Source of the DNA: Eledone cirrhosa
Lineage: Eukaryota
Assembly: GCA_964016885.1 (NCBI GenBank)
Contig: OZ024743.1
Coordinates: forward strand, 372,992,001 to 373,056,000
Direction of reading: 5' to 3'
DNA: 64,000 nt
In this document: one piece after another, positions 11,361-25,864 of the stretch
Position numbering within the stretch: position 1 is the stretch's first letter
How the letters are laid out: every line of letters begins with the position of its first letter
The notes under the pieces: generated by a model
Told to the model about the DNA's origin: nothing
Database searches by the model: none
The model's input: the letters and a program-made list of their open reading frames with translations, nothing else
Position numbers and translations under genes: made by a program

Positions 11361-11844
11361 ATAGCCGAATTACTCGAGCCTTGCTGCGTTTCACACATTT
11401 TTTTGTAAGAAAATGATGATTGATTTTAAATCAGTGATATAATTTATGGAGAAAAACTCTGCATTTCAATATTACTCAATGTAAAATGTAATGCATGAAA
11501 AATTGGAAAACATTATTTGTAATATATTAAATCAAAATTACATTAATAAATCTTATTCTTATTTTGTTTCTTGTAAATATTTTTTTTCATAATATCAATT
11601 CAAAACTTTTGCGAATAGGCATCATATCTTGTCATTTACCTATGGTTTAAATTTCATATAAATCGAAGGGAAAACATTTTCAGCGGAGGTTTGTGCCCGC
11701 GGGGAACCCTTTGATTAAAATGAAAGTACCCTGGGCAATGTAGTTTCAGAATATATATGGTTATGGGGGTCTATCTCCAAAACCATAGGAGGAGTTCGTG
11801 AACAAACAAACAAACAGGCAGAAACTACAACTACAATATATAGA
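11361..11844 (-). mobile_element. Possible non-autonomous Helitron/Helentron-like element
   Basis: Minus strand starts A|TCTATATAT, contains (TTTG)n, and ends in a GC-rich segment followed by CTAT in place of CTAG. Confidence 0.4.
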
Positions 11845-12832
11845 TATAGTGGAGAGAACCAAGGTTTTTGAATTAAATCCATGTTTAATATCTACAATCG
11901 TTTCTATACAGATGCTTGCATATATGTACAAACAGACCAATGAAGAATCAGTTATACTTAAATAACAATTATTTACACACCTGCATATCATCAGGATTTG
12001 CTTCTCTTCACTTTAAAAATGTATTCTCCAGGGACGGTGGAACTGGGAGACCGGCGGGGGGAGGGAGGATACACGCCCCGCCCCCACCGACAATTATATT
12101 TTTCTCCCCGAACTACCAAAACACACTATGTATATGCGCTACAATTTATGTTCATGTTAGATTTATCGCATATCGAAGATTTTTATATCTTGGTTGATAA
12201 TAACAGTGTAATATATTATGTTAGCCTTCATAGTAAATCTGTCATAACTTTTTCTCCACATATCACTAATTGCCAATTGGCCCAGGCTATGTGTATGCAG
12301 AGACAGATTTCATAGGTCATTTTACTATAATCACTTTATAATTATCGGAAGCTGTAAATGTAATAAGACCTGCTTGGACTCAAATTGCATTTTCTGACCA
12401 TTTCAGAAATGCTTCCACCACCCTCACTGCCTTTAACAGCAAGAACTTTAACATTTGGAAGACTATTTCGATTGTTTAAAATTCCTTACGTACTGCAGAC
12501 TTTAAGTGTACATTGAGCTTTTCACTCATTAGAGGAATATTCCATTATAATCACTCACATATACCTATATGTGTGAGTGTGTGTGTATTCATTAAAAACG
12601 ACAACAAAAGGCCGGACTGGAAACTTTATAATTTTAATTCTGTGAAAACTATACATACTTCTTCACCCGAATATGATGCAAGACCCAGGCGATTTCGTCA
12701 GGTCTTCATTACAGAATTAGTTATTTAAGAGAACAGGATTTGGGTGAACACAAACAGAATAAAAAATAGAGGACCGATTTTGATTCGGGGATAGCTCGCC
12801 GATTTCGCGTTATTGTAACGGCAGGTCATCCC

Positions 12833-12891
<59 letters not shown>

Positions 12892-13001
12892 GCACACACA
12901 TATATATGTATTGTACTTTGCGTAGTGGGTCATACTCCCAATCAAAAACACGTGCACTGGTTGTTTTAGCACTTCAGTTTTAATAATGAACTAGCTAATT
13001 A

Positions 13002-13270
13002 GGTGGCGCGTTGGCAGAGTCTTTAGAATGCTTTGCGGTATTCGTCCCGGCTCTCTGCTTTCTGAGCTCAAATCCCGCCGAGGTTAACTTTGCCTTTCAC
13101 ACATTTAAGGTCGATAAAAAAAGTACCAGTCTAGTTCTTTGGAAGAAATCTGCTGTATTCAGACCTGGAAAGGTGATGAACTCCGCCAGGTTTTAAATTG
13201 CCCTGGAAATGCCGTATGTCAATATGGCGCCCCCACAACTACCCCAGGAGTTACGGATCCATACATACAT
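13002..13270 (+). mobile_element. Family A SINE plus tail module
   Basis: Same composite structure as 3647-3975. Confidence 0.75.
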
Positions 13271-13566
13271 GCATCTAATTGATTATAAATCCGAAGTGAA
13301 ATACAACCAGCTTGTGTTGTTATCGATTAGCAATATGACCCTCCCAAAGTACAATACATGATTTCACATCAAGGATTTTTACAAAACAAGTACGAAAGCG
13401 AAAGATAAGAGCACTCTTCAGAACTAATATCCATATATTGAGTTTTGTTTCTCCATTTGCACAGTCCAACCGATATATGTGTGTGTATTATATATATATA
13501 TATGTGTGTGTGTATGTATATATATACACACACACACATGCAAACACATGTAGGTGTGTATTTATA

Positions 13567-13640
13567 CAGATTGTCCCCCAAAATGTATACACATTTCAAC
13601 AGCATTCTAAATATATGTATACATTTTGGGAGACACCCTG
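13567..13640. mobile_element. 74-bp Tc1/mariner-type mini-MITE
   Basis: TA|cagattgtcccccaaaatgtatac ... gtatacattttgggagacaccctg|TA. Confidence 0.75.
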
Positions 13641-14399
13641 TATATAAGCATGTTCACGCGCATGTATATATTTATATATACACATATGTTTGTGTGTGTG
13701 TATGTGTGCTGGAAGGCCTTTGACCTGGGTTAGCTCTATTTCTGGGTACATTTGGCTCTAAACAATAACGACAACGACCAATGCCGGTCTTTTATTTACA
13801 AGAGATTTTACAACAGTCTCTTCCTCTCCCATCAACGCACGAATGTATTTTAGACACAGATAAATCTTAGAGCATTGTCTATGATTACTAGACTCCTACT
13901 TGTTCTCTCTAAATATGTCACTAAAAATAGATATCAAAACTGACTTCCAAACACAACTAACAATAAACAGGCTTATAGACCTGCTTGCTGCAAATAGCAG
14001 CCAAAACTGAAATCATAATGCAGCCCTTTACCATCACCATTGAAGTCCCCGGGTCTCGGTGCGTCATGACATATTTGAAATTTTAAAAATGGCAGGATGG
14101 TCCTGACTGTAATACCTTTGAACATACATGTGTTCAATTGAGATGGGCCTGTAAATGAATAAATAAAATGAAATAAAATAGAATATACAAACAACTCGAT
14201 TCTTCAAACCAACGAAAGATCATCTATGAAATGATTGCTCAATTTGCTAGAAATAGCAGCTAAATCATACTCTCATATCGGTGTATCCTAAATATATTGG
14301 GTTTGAAAGAGAAAGACTAAAGGTTTGTTTTGCTTTTAGCATAGACAACAAAATGAAAGTAAATGAAAATAAAAAGAAGTGTCCATTTTTTCAGGGAGT

Positions 14400-15047
14400 A
14401 TGTTGGCGCTTTACCTGTGGCCTACTTAGTCTGGTTGAGCTCGACATCTCTATTGTGCTCAGAGTTGGAGCTGATGTGTGGAGAATTTAAAAGTCGTTGT
14501 GGTAGGTCCCTTGAGTTCACAGGTCTTCATTGATTGTCTTTTCAGCTGAATGTAGGCCGCTTCGCTCGTTAGTCATACCCAGCTGAAACCATTTATCAAC
14601 TGGATCCGACTTCAGTTAACATCCCCTCAATTCTGGAGCGAGCTGGATTATCCAGGGTCGATGGGAAGAGGCCAGATGGTCTTACCTTTTGTCCCAGGAT
14701 AAGAGATAGATGTCTCATTTAAAACGTCACAGTCATCGACTCTTTTGAGCCTTCCCACATTCGTGATGCTGCGGTAAAGGTGAGGGTCATTGCATCTGTA
14801 ATCGAATTGAATAAAATTCTAAAACAACAGGAATTATTGGCAAACTATTGTTTTCAACCTGTAGCTTTTGAAACGTTTGTGGAGGATGGGCCACTAACAA
14901 CATTGTTCTTGACATTGTTGGCGGCTTGCCTAACTGTGATATCAGGTGATGCCCCTGGTGAGGGTGCTTGGTTATTTCAGCGTCTTAGCCTCGCTATCAG
15001 CTGCCGTAATGTTACGAGTGTGTTGACTTCTTAAAAAAAAAAAAAAT
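14400..15047 (+). mobile_element. CRE-like (restriction-like endonuclease) non-LTR retrotransposon 3' fragment
   Basis: SRVDGKRPDGLT...VTVIDSF...YCFQPVAFETF...WLFQRLSLAI.CRN, followed by poly(A). Confidence 0.75.
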
Positions 15048-15479
15048 GATGGCGTATGATTGATTGTGCGTCTCAGATTTTTCTTTATTTAAAAAAGTAT
15101 AAATTGTGTTTATTTGTATGCATAATTTTTCATAGAACACAATAAATTTAAAATGAATAAAACATGCAAAACGACTTTTCGTTTTGTTGAACTAATTTAC
15201 TGGTGGGCGGCAAGTGGCCAAACAGGCTGTGAGGGAGCCAGTCAATATTGAAAAATTTCACAAAAGATCATTAAGAAAATTTTCGGTTTATTGATTAAAA
15301 AACAAAACAAATCAGAAACTAAATATTTACAACGAAAAAGCTGGTGCCATTAAATTTTAATTTCCTTTAAATCTCATTCATTTTCATTTTAATACCTGCA
15401 TTTTATATATCTAAAGTGAAACAAATGCAGAACAATATCATTTATTTAAATACAAAAAAAAATATATTTATTTAAAACA

Positions 15480-15830
15480 GTGAGGACCTTGGAAGGTAGT
15501 AGTATTGGTGCCACAACAACAAAAAAAAAGCACCCAGTTCACCCTGGGAGGTGGTATAGTGCCATGACAAAAAAGCATCCAGTCCACCATGAAAGGTGGT
15601 AGTGTTGGTGCCATAACAAAAAAAGCACCCAGTCCACTCTGTAAGATACCAGTGCAGGAGTCATAATAGAATACTCCCAGTATATGCTGTAAAGTGGCTG
15701 GCATTAGGAAAGGTATCTTACTGTAGAAACCAAGCCAAAAACAGCTTACAAGAAAGATGTTGTAATGTGACAGCCTATCTAACCCATGTAAGCATGGGAA
15801 ATAGATGCTAAATGATGATAATGGTGATGA
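15480..15830 (+). mobile_element. RTE 3'-UTR-derived short element
   Basis: aaaaaagcacccagtcca subrepeats, ggcattaggaaaggtatc, and a (TGA)n tail matching the RTE 3' UTR at 48360-48712. Further copies lie near 20540-20850, 21020-21420, 23890-24115 and 60900-61005. Confidence 0.65.
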
Positions 15831-16740
15831 TTAAAAATGTGAAAAAAAAACACTGAAAATATTTAAATTCCAGTTTAAACCATTAATTACAAGCATTTTG
15901 GCTTAGATTTTATTTCTGTTCACCAGTGAAACAAGTCAAGATGATATTGGTTAGAATATCAATCATTATAAGTTTTCTCAACAATAGTTTTATACTCTTT
16001 TCTGACAGACAAATTCAGGAAAACAGTTACATTTTTTTTAAATGTAAATTTATTAAATAGTAATTTATTTAAAACAGTGGAAACATATCTATAATTATGA
16101 AAATTCCAGGTTAACCATTTTTTTTTTTCTAAGTTAAGTGTGCCGTTTTTTGTAACTTTTTCCCTGTGATTTTATTTATGTTTCATCACCTACCAGACAT
16201 TCCTCAAACCTCCTCCTCTTTCTCACCCTTTTCCTCCTTCTGGCAAGGCTTTTGAGGGCAATGGCCTATCGAAACAACTGTTTCCAAATGATCTGGCTGG
16301 ATCCCCAAGCAAGATTATGGAGTAATTCCTGATAAAAAAAAAGTATCTTTACTTGTAAAATAAACGTTCTGTAATTTCTTATTTTGGTATTTGTATAATA
16401 ATAGACATTAGAAGTAAAATATTTGGTTTTAAAATAATAAATTCTGAAGTAATGAAGGGACTGACTGTAAATAATAAAATGAATAGAGAGCAAATATGGC
16501 AGTGCATGTAGGAGAGTCATATTTTAAGGAAGAAGGGAGAATGAACAGGATGATAAGGTTCAGGGAGCATGGACGAGAGGAGGGTGTGTTGCAGCATAGA
16601 ATTAACTCGAACATTATGAAAGAGGGATTCTATTGCAACTCATTACTTGTCCAGGCTGTCTATGATTCCCTTACCAAGCACAGCTAATTTTCACACTAGG
16701 GTCAAGAGCAAGAGACCTATTTGTTTGTTTTGTTCCAGAA

Positions 16741-16842
16741 CAGTCATGGGCAACTGTGGCCTGTTCGGCTTTCTGAATGGCGCACCTAATTTCAAAATTG
16801 CTTTGATGTGGCCCACTGCTCAAAAAATGTTGCCCATGCCTG
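16741..16842. mobile_element. hAT-type MITE
   Basis: TIRs cagtcatgggcaac / gttgcccatgcctg with a degenerate 8-bp TSD (ttccagaa / ttctaggt). Confidence 0.6.
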
Positions 16843-16849
16843 TTCTAGG

Positions 16850-17520
16850 TGATCTTTGGAATATCCATTCAGCAGCTGTCCAAAACCTCCTGAAGAGGGC
16901 CACTATTTTTGGCACAGTGACTAAATGCTTTGGGCAGTTGCTGGAAGCACAGCCACTGCCCTCAATATAAGTAAACAGAGCCAGAGAGAAACTCTATTCA
17001 CAGCTAAGAACAAAGACAGGTCTTCTGTATACAGCCTTTGACTGGCAGTTTAATGTATCACAGTACATTGTATCAACATTATTCTGGCCAGACATGACCG
17101 TCACACCAGAATTAACAGAACAACTGATCTTCCTGGAGCTTGCAGTGTCATGGGAAGAGCGCATTAAAGTACCAGGAACTGGTGGAGCAGTGCCAGAACA
17201 GAGGCTGGAAACCATACTGGGAGCCTTGAGAAGTCGGTTGTAAAGGCATTGTGGGATGCTCATTCAGTAAGGTCTTTATCTGAGGAGGTTCTACTGAAGG
17301 AGAAAATAGAAGCACCATTTGGTCCATGAGAAAAACCAGTTGGTGGCTTTCGATGAAAAGTGCTGATCCATGGTTGCTTGCTGCGGCTGAAATGCAGGTC
17401 AGGTCTGGATCAACCCTGGCTAAGTCAACAAGGCAAGACTGCGTGATGTTGAAAGGCCTGAAACACTCAATGACTCCAGGTCACATTACTAATCATGCTT
17501 ACCAACTCATCTACGAGGAT
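16850..17520 (+). mobile_element. HERO-like (RLE-type) non-LTR retrotransposon 3' remnant
   Basis: WPDMTV...LIFLELAVSWEERI, KTSWWLSMK, and a 3' UTR gtgatgttgaaaggcctgaaacactcaatgactccagg. Confidence 0.6.
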
Positions 17521-18018
17521 GTATTTTATACATACATACAAATATATATGTGTCTGTGTGTTGTCAACAAGTTGGCTTATTGACAAGCTTCACTCCTACA
17601 GCATTGTCGTACATTGTTGCAAAATATTTAGATCCGCCAAGTCTATAGGAGTTCCCTCCCTTGTTTGCTTTCCATCATTTCAACACCCTTAAGGGGCGTT
17701 TCGGTGTTCAAATTGTGAGGATAGATTTTTTTCCTACTCGCCATATTCGAAATGGAGACAATGTATATATAAAGCTGAGCCAAGGAAGATCGGGAACAAG
17801 ATACTCCGAATAGTACTGTGTGTTTTTACGCTTCATTGCAATTCACACAAGTGAGTCCATACACATGTCTATCCATTTATTTATCTTATATTATGTATAT
17901 ATATATATGTATGCGTATATATAAGTACGAGATACTTCCCCTAGTCTGTCGTGGCTTACGAGCTCTATACAAACGTTTAAATTGATTAAATAAATATGTG
18001 TGGTCTGTGTGTGCTAAC

Positions 18019-18052
<34 letters not shown>

Positions 18053-18557
18053 AACACACACACATATATGTGTGTGTGTGATTGTATGTATTCATTTTGG
18101 TATATGTGTATTTGCGACCTATGTGTGTGTATAGATATATGTATGCGTATATATAAACGTATGCGTATAAACACACTGAATGTATATTGTGCAGCCACAT
18201 ACAGACAATTGATCACAGGGTTACATAGAATATACAAAACACACACCCAGGATCAGATACGAAGAACGAGTCCTTTAAACCACAAACATACGCTGAAGCA
18301 TTCTGTAAGTACACACATTCCCACTGTGTATCTATACACAGACATATATATATATATATAAACAGCCTTACCTTCTCTCTCTTTCTCTCTCACGCACACA
18401 CGCCCGTACTCATACATTCGCGCAAGAGTATTAATTTATAAACAAATCTGTGGAAAGACGAGATAGTAACCATTTCTTCAGTAATGGATCTTGTACATCT
18501 TCAACAACCATTATAGAAGGTAATAGCAGTTTTATCTAATATTTCGACACACACACA

Positions 18558-18594
<37 letters not shown>

Positions 18595-18688
18595 CATACA
18601 CACACACACACTTGCACTCACGTACGTACTTTTCTACCAATGCTAAAAGCAAATCAATAATTTCATTTTATATACATACGTGTGTATT

Positions 18689-18726
<38 letters not shown>

Positions 18727-18885
18727 TGTGTGTGTGTGTGTGTGTGAATCAAGGATAATCGTTATGGTTTGTTGTGGCTAGTTTGGGGAAGGGGGTCTAC
18801 GATGACCAGAGCCTCAATATAATCCACAGTGTGCGGAAGGGGGGGGAGTGGGTAATGACCATTTTGGAAAGTTCCTTTAATGAAA

Positions 18886-19058
18886 GTGTGAAAGGGTTAT
18901 TGACCAACTAACTACTACTACTAATGCACACACATATATATATATATACAGAGAGAGAGAGAGAGAGAGTGTGAAAGGGTTATTGACCAACTAACTACTA
19001 CTACTAATGCACACACACACACATATATATATATACAGAGAGAGAGAGAGAGAGAGTG
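18886..19058. repeat. Direct tandem duplication of ~85 bp
   Basis: gtgtgaaagggttattgaccaactaactactactactaatgc(ac)n(at)n(ag)n occurs twice. Confidence 0.9.
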
Positions 19059-19137
19059 TGTATTTCCGAAGAGGAACGGAATGGGATCTCAGTTAAACAA
19101 GGTACTCAATACATTAAGTAGAGAAGGTATATGATTC

Positions 19138-19188
<51 letters not shown>

Positions 19189-19542
19189 CGTGTGCATATC
19201 TACGACAAAAATTGCAACTCTTATGCCTAAATTTGTGAGCAGCCCTCATGTATATACACACACATATATATATATCCACGCAGAGTGTATCAAGGACTAC
19301 ATTATTCAAAATGTTTTTTTTATTTATTTATGACGGGATGTGATATATGAGAAACAGAAAGAGAAAGAGAGATTTTTATCTGCTATTTCTAGCAAGTCGA
19401 GCCATCCACTACATAGAAGCAGCTCGTGTGAGTAGCTGATAATTTTCTATCGAAGTATTTGTCATATTTCGATATGAAAAATTGAGAAAAACAACAAAAA
19501 AAAACTCTTTTATTTCTAACCCTGTTAGGAAAGTTCTCAACA

Positions 19543-19580
<38 letters not shown>

Positions 19581-19819
19581 GATATTATTTCTTGTAGTAA
19601 AATACATAGTCAGCCAAGCTCCATTATAGTCGGTCACTCCACCTAACGCTGGTTTATTGGAGTCTCGGTTGTGGCACATTCTTTACAATAACGTCCATTT
19701 AATATTAATTTCCTTCCTGCAACTGCAGTTTATAGACATGAAGGAGGGGAGTAGCATGGATATATTTATTTTCTGTCAGTATTTCTGAAACGTCTAGCAA
19801 CGAAAGATATTTAGACATC

Positions 19820-19876
<57 letters not shown>

Positions 19877-20168
19877 GTTATTCCGGGTTGAATCGGAGGT
19901 AACCACAGTAAGTAAGGTACTCAATACATAGCAGAGTATAACAGTTTTAATATAGATGAGATTCTACAGGACTAGAACTGTTTCATTCATTTATATATAT
20001 ATATATATAAATATATGGTGCATGTATATGTGTGTGTGTATAAATATATATGTATGTGTGCATGCACATATATGTGGGTAAATTTATAGAACACTCCCAT
20101 CGATTTCTATAATATTTATGTGTATGTATCTATGTATATATATATATATATATATATATAATCCATTT

Positions 20169-20202
20169 TTCTCGGACTTTTGACTAAGATCAAAGTGTAG
20201 TA
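20169..20202 (+). pseudogene. U2 snRNA 5' fragment
   Basis: ttctcggacttttgactaagatcaaagtgtagta versus U2 ttctcggccttttggctaagatcaagtgtagta, including the GUAGUA branch-point recognition sequence. Similarity stops there. Confidence 0.75.
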
Positions 20203-21728
20203 ATCTTAGCTACTGACTTCCTAGTCGGACATAGAGCCGCCTCTTGCTTACATTTCGTTCCCGCACCCAACAGAGCACACCATGCATTTTTATCGTGGCA
20301 CCAGCACTAGAGAGGTTGTCATTGTCCTTTCCACGACAGAAGAGGCCTCTCGACTCTTTGTTTGGCATGTTTTCTACAGCTTGGTATTCTTCCTATCACC
20401 AATCACTTTACAGAAGGTACTGGGTGGCGTTGCTGGTGATTGACTTGACTGAAGAGCTCTCTATAAGGGTGGAGGTAAGAAGGATGATAAGTATGATGTC
20501 ATTGGTGTGGTGGGGTTTGACAGGGTGATAAGTGCAAGGAAAGGGGTTAATCTCCAATAGTGTGGCAGGCGGGTGGGATTCTTACACCTTGTACACTCTG
20601 TAAAGTTGTTGGTGAGAGAAAAAAAAGCATCCAGCCATAGAAAAGTTGCCAGACATACCAATCACCCTCATCGTGGTGTCATGACATGATAAAATGCCCT
20701 CAATAAAGCACAGGATCATACATGAATTGCAAGCTCCCGGCCCATCTGGGAGGTCAGTAGTTCTGTTTGAGTACTGATTCAATTTATGAAGACCTGTCCA
20801 ATCCTTGCTAGGAGGGAAAATGAACAGTAAAGGATGATGATGATGGTGGTGTTGAAATAGATTGACTTCAAAAACCAGTTATAAGTTTCCTATACACCAA
20901 ATGTTAAGATTTTTGACAGACATACTATTACCAATGGAAAAACCAATGGAGACATTGTTTCCTTGTTCCCATCTGACATTGGATTCTTTCTTTTTTGTAA
21001 ATATTTGTCATTATTGTTAGTTTGTTAATTTTTTTTGCTATCTCTATCTAATTTTATTCTTGCTTTGCCCCAAAGTATATATCATCACTTTACATCTGTT
21101 CTCCATATTGGCATGAGTTGGACAGATTGTTATGCTCAGAGTTATTGCCCTTGTAGACAGGACAAAGACCACATCTTGCAAAACATGTTATGTTTTCAAG
21201 GCAATGTTTCTACAGTTGGATGCCTGCCTTTTCTATTGCCAACTACTTTACAGAGTATACTATGTACCTTTTATCATGTCACCAGAGAGGTTGTCATGCC
21301 GTAATTGGAGGGTCCTCTCATTCCTTTTTGGTATGATGTCTATGGCTGAAAGCCCTTCCTAACACTAACCATCTTACAGAGTATACTATGTATATTTCAT
21401 CATGTCACCGGCTCTAGAAAGTTTGTTGTGTTCTCTCTACCCTCTTTTATCATTGTTTTGTTTTTTTTTAAATTGGCACTGGAGATGATATTTCAATCCT
21501 GGCAACACTTAAAGGGTTTTCTCCTCTACACTGTGTTGGGAAGAGAGCCAAAGTGAGAAGGTGATAGAAGAGAGAGAGAGAGAGAGAGACCAACAGAGAG
21601 CTACATGATGGTAGTTGATAAAGAGAAGCAATATGAGAGAGGGTAATAGAAGAGAGAGAGGGGGTAATGAAAGATAGAGAGCTATATGATGATAGCTGAT
21701 AAGAAGCAACATAACTCAAGAGGGTGAT

Positions 21729-21789
<61 letters not shown>

Positions 21790-23069
21790 ACATGATGGTA
21801 GATTGTAAGAAGCAAAATGACCTGAGAGAGTGATAGAGAAGAGTAATAGAAGAGATCTAGAGTGATGGGACACATACAGTGGTTGGCTATAAGCTTGTCT
21901 CCATTTTCTGTTACCTGTATTTGATCCAGTTGTACAACCTGATTGCTTTTAACTTTAATGTGATCAAGGGATTACTGACAACATGTATATTTTTTACAAA
22001 CAAGAAGGCCCTTTATTTACATGGGGTGTGTGTGGGGGGTAGTGGATGGTGGTGGTGTGATGTTAGGTAGTGGCTTGGCTGGTGGTGGTAGTTGTGGTGG
22101 TGTGATGTTTGCGGAAGCTGATTGACACCAAACTAATTGGATGAGAACATGAACATGTTTAATACCCTCCTCCCCCTTCTACCCCTGCCACTCATATGAA
22201 GACAACCATCATAGCCATTTCAGGAATTTAATTAATCATTTACACCTAATATAATTGTAATCTTTGCTGATACCTAAAACTAAAGCGCCTAATTAGATAA
22301 TAACTATGAGTGTAGCTGAGTCAACAAGGCAGACTATGTGATTGTTGTTGTTGTTATTGTTGTTGCTGTTATTGTTGTCATCATCATCATCTTGTTGTTG
22401 TTTAGCGCAAGTTCAAGCAGATCTACGTGATCAAATACATTCTAGCTATGATCATCCATTCTTTTACCCATGCCAGAGGTTAGAAACGTGTGGCCCCAGA
22501 GCCACATGCAACTTCTTAATCCAGGAACCCCTAAACGTTTTAGAAAGGACCTCTCTGTTAAATACAGGTTCAGAAAAGTTCTAAGTGCTGCTTCCGATGA
22601 AAGAGAGGAGGAAATAGATATATATTACATAGAGGACAATTGGAAGTTTCTACATGAAACTTGCTGCAAACTACTGGAGAGCAGGGTTGGATTTAGATCT
22701 TGGGGGGCCCGGGACACTTCAGGTTTGGGTGGGGTTCCTCATACACAAAAAAAATTAGAATACACAGCAAACCCCGCAATTTTACATATCAAAGTCAGCT
22801 TGGCGCAAGTAATTGGAATTGGAAAGTTATACATGCAGGTATTAAATTCAAAAATTCTAACCATAAGGTGTTCTGTATTGCAATGCAGAGTGTCACTGAG
22901 AACCAGGATGTTGTTGAAGAAAAATGTGTTTGAAATGACACCAGTGCACTTAACTTCACTGAGGCCTGGAAATGTTAGTATTAGAGATAGTTGAATGTGT
23001 AGGGTAGTGAGATATGGCCAGTGAATACAGAGGATATGTGAAAGCTGGACAGAAATGACTTTGCTTTTC

Positions 23070-23600
23070 ATATGAGACAGCAATTATGTGACATCCCCCA
23101 AGTGATGCAACCAGCTCACGGTGGTGGGATTAAAGTGCGTGAGATCCACACTCTCAGTTGGCAGAGGTCCAGGCCCTCACTCAGTATGTGTTCTCTGGTG
23201 AACCCCACTGGCAGGTTGCTGATAGCCTCAGCCTCCAGTGGTGCATGGCTCCATTGAATCGACCAAAAACTGTATGTAGCCAATTCGGGGACACCCACTC
23301 CCTCCAAGAGGTTAGCACCTGGTTGGAGGGCTGTATTAGGGTTGACATTCAGTTGGGCTGGTCGAGATCTTTGTTGCCAGCTAGCTCTCCACGTTTAAAG
23401 CATGTTGAAACTTGAGTTTTGCAGCTTGGTCTAGTAGCTGAGAATCCTCAACCATGTTATGGAGTGAGAATGAGTTGAGCTCCAATGGATGTGTAATGTT
23501 AACATTTATGAATATCGAAACATGGATAAGCTGAGAGAAAAATTGGGCATAAGAATAATAAGATGTAATATACAAGAGAGAATATTGCACTGGTATAAAC
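23070..23600 (-). mobile_element. Ingi/I-group LINE 3' remnant
   Basis: Minus translation LHTVFGRFNGAMHHWRLRLSATCQWGSPE resembles the Ingi C-terminal zinc-knuckle region (RLRTG.GRF...W.L..S..C.CG). Confidence 0.55.
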
Positions 23601-24582
23601 ACAATGATAGTTGTTTAGTGAAGAAGTGGTAAGAGATCTTAGTGGAAAGAAGCTGCAGTAGAGGAAGACAAGGGAGGTTTTCAGATTCTTGACAGAGCCA
23701 AAGGGTCGTCTCTATTCTATGTTGTCTTAGTCTGATTGTCCACCAATTTACGAGGGATGGGTATTGACTGTTCTTTTGTGAAACCAACACTGGAGAGGTT
23801 ATCTTATCCATTGCAGGGAAAAGAGACCTCTCCACTCCATGTAATGTTTAATCTCATAACTAAACTGTGCTAGTACTAGTGGGCAGGTCTTTTCTAGAAA
23901 AAACATGAACAAGCAAAGGGTTTGGAAGATTCTCTGTGTCAAAGACATGACAACCTCCCTAGTGATGGTGTAGAGCATGGGAGCATATGTAAGCAAGATA
24001 TAGGACTCTGGCCTATCTAAGAGGTCAGTAGCTCTGCTTGAATACTGACTCAGTTTGTGAAGGCCCAACCAATCCTTGCTATCATGGAAGACAGGCATAA
24101 TGGATAATTATGATGATTAGATATATAATAATGAAATGGTTAAGTGCATTTGTATGTTTTGATTAGTCTAAGAAACTCTCTTTGTTTTTTTCTTGAATTC
24201 TGTGTATATCTTTGCCTTAATTTCCCACAGAATTATGTTCTATTGTCAATATGGTATTATTTCTATTGAGTTTGAAATTACTTTGAATACAATGGTTTAT
24301 GTTATATTGGTGTAATGTAGAAATTACAGTAAAAGGTCAAATTCAAAGAAATTACTATACAATACAATGTCTAATTTTTTTTACTGAATATAACAAAAAA
24401 AAAATTTTTTTTATCCCTTTTGTTAGCAAATTACCTGGAACTGACTCTGATTCTATTATACTAAGCTGTTTGTTTTTAAAGTATAATGTATGTTTTTATC
24501 TAAATTCTTCAATCATAATTTCATGTAAGAACCTTTAAGTTATGCTCCAGACATGAGATAAATAATAAGAAAGTTAGTTATA

Positions 24583-25434
24583 CAAGGTGTGTCAGAAAAG
24601 AAACAGGACTGGCATCGCAAGAAGATTTCAAATCCAAACTACAAACTACAAGTTTTCCCCTTCGAAATAATCCCCCTTGAGTCTAACGTACTTTCCCATC
24701 CTTCTCCATGTCTTCATGCACTCCTAGAAAGACTCTTTCAGTATTCTCTGCAGCTCCGTCGTCACAGCTCTTTTGATGGCGTCCGGAAAACAGGTCTCCT
24801 TGTTGACCTCCTTGAGCTTGGGGAAAAAAGAAAGTCTGGATCAGTTTGAAGACTCTCGAAGATGTCCAGAGGCACCTGCATGCATCACTCCTTCTGGTCA
24901 TCATTCAACAGCTTTGGCACCATCTTTGTGCAGATCTTCTGCATGCCCAAATCTTTGGTGATAATCTTCTAAACACTGTTGCAGTTCATGCCTAGCTCAC
25001 CTGTGATCAGTCAAACACTCAGCCAAAGATTGCCATGCACCACATGTCTCATGCACTCAATGTTGACCTCACTCAGGCTTGTTGAAGGCCTTCTGCTCCT
25101 GGGGTTGTCTTCCATGTACTTGCATCCCTCTTTGAACCTTTTGTGCTATTCAAAAACCTATGAGAGCAACATTATCTCATCTCCACTTGCTGAGTTTTCC
25201 CCAACCGGACCAGAAACTTCACGTTGGTTTGTTGCTCTGTGCCCATTACTTGACAGCCTAAAATTAAGGAGTTGTTAACAAAAGCACATAAAAAAACATA
25301 CATGACTGCAGAAAGCTGAGATTGCAGTTATATCCTCCCTGGATATTACATCATATGGTGACACAACCCGCTTATCCTAACCCCACTCAATTCACACAGC
25401 ACACTAAGTCCTGTTACTTTTCTGACACACCTTG
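24583..25434 (-). mobile_element. Internally deleted mariner transposon
   Basis: TIRs TA|caaggtgtgtcagaaaag ... cttttctgacacaccttg|TA. Minus translation DLGMQKICTKMVPKLLNDDQKE matches the mariner WVPHEL-type linker. Confidence 0.85.
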
Positions 25435-25864
25435 TATTATAAAATCCCTCCAAATTCTTGATTATTTTCAAAATGATCTGAAAATTATAGGCAGTGTCTT
25501 TTGTGTGTGTGTGTGGTGGTGGGGTTAAAAATATTCTAATGAATGGGTAAAAATTCATAAAACACGTTAATGAAAAAAAAAGATAAATCATAAACCCTAT
25601 CCAAACTTTGCACCCTCGGTTGGATAGTTGTCTTAGATGTACCCTATGGAGAAGATAGTGAAAGTGTTACAATGAAGAACATCAGTGATATTACACTGTA
25701 TTAGCCATTCTACATCATGGATCTCTTTTTGCAGACATGATACCTTCATCCTGATTTGGCAGAGGAGAGCCACAGTTCAGGGATCTGATGTCACTCATAT
25801 GAAGTTTTAAAAGGTGACTAGCACAAAATGGAATCTGTCTGTTTAATACTTGGCATTTAATCAT

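Noticed and set aside
12655-12720. Possible hammerhead (CTGACGA on the minus strand)
   Set aside because: I could not place GAAA and the three stems consistently.
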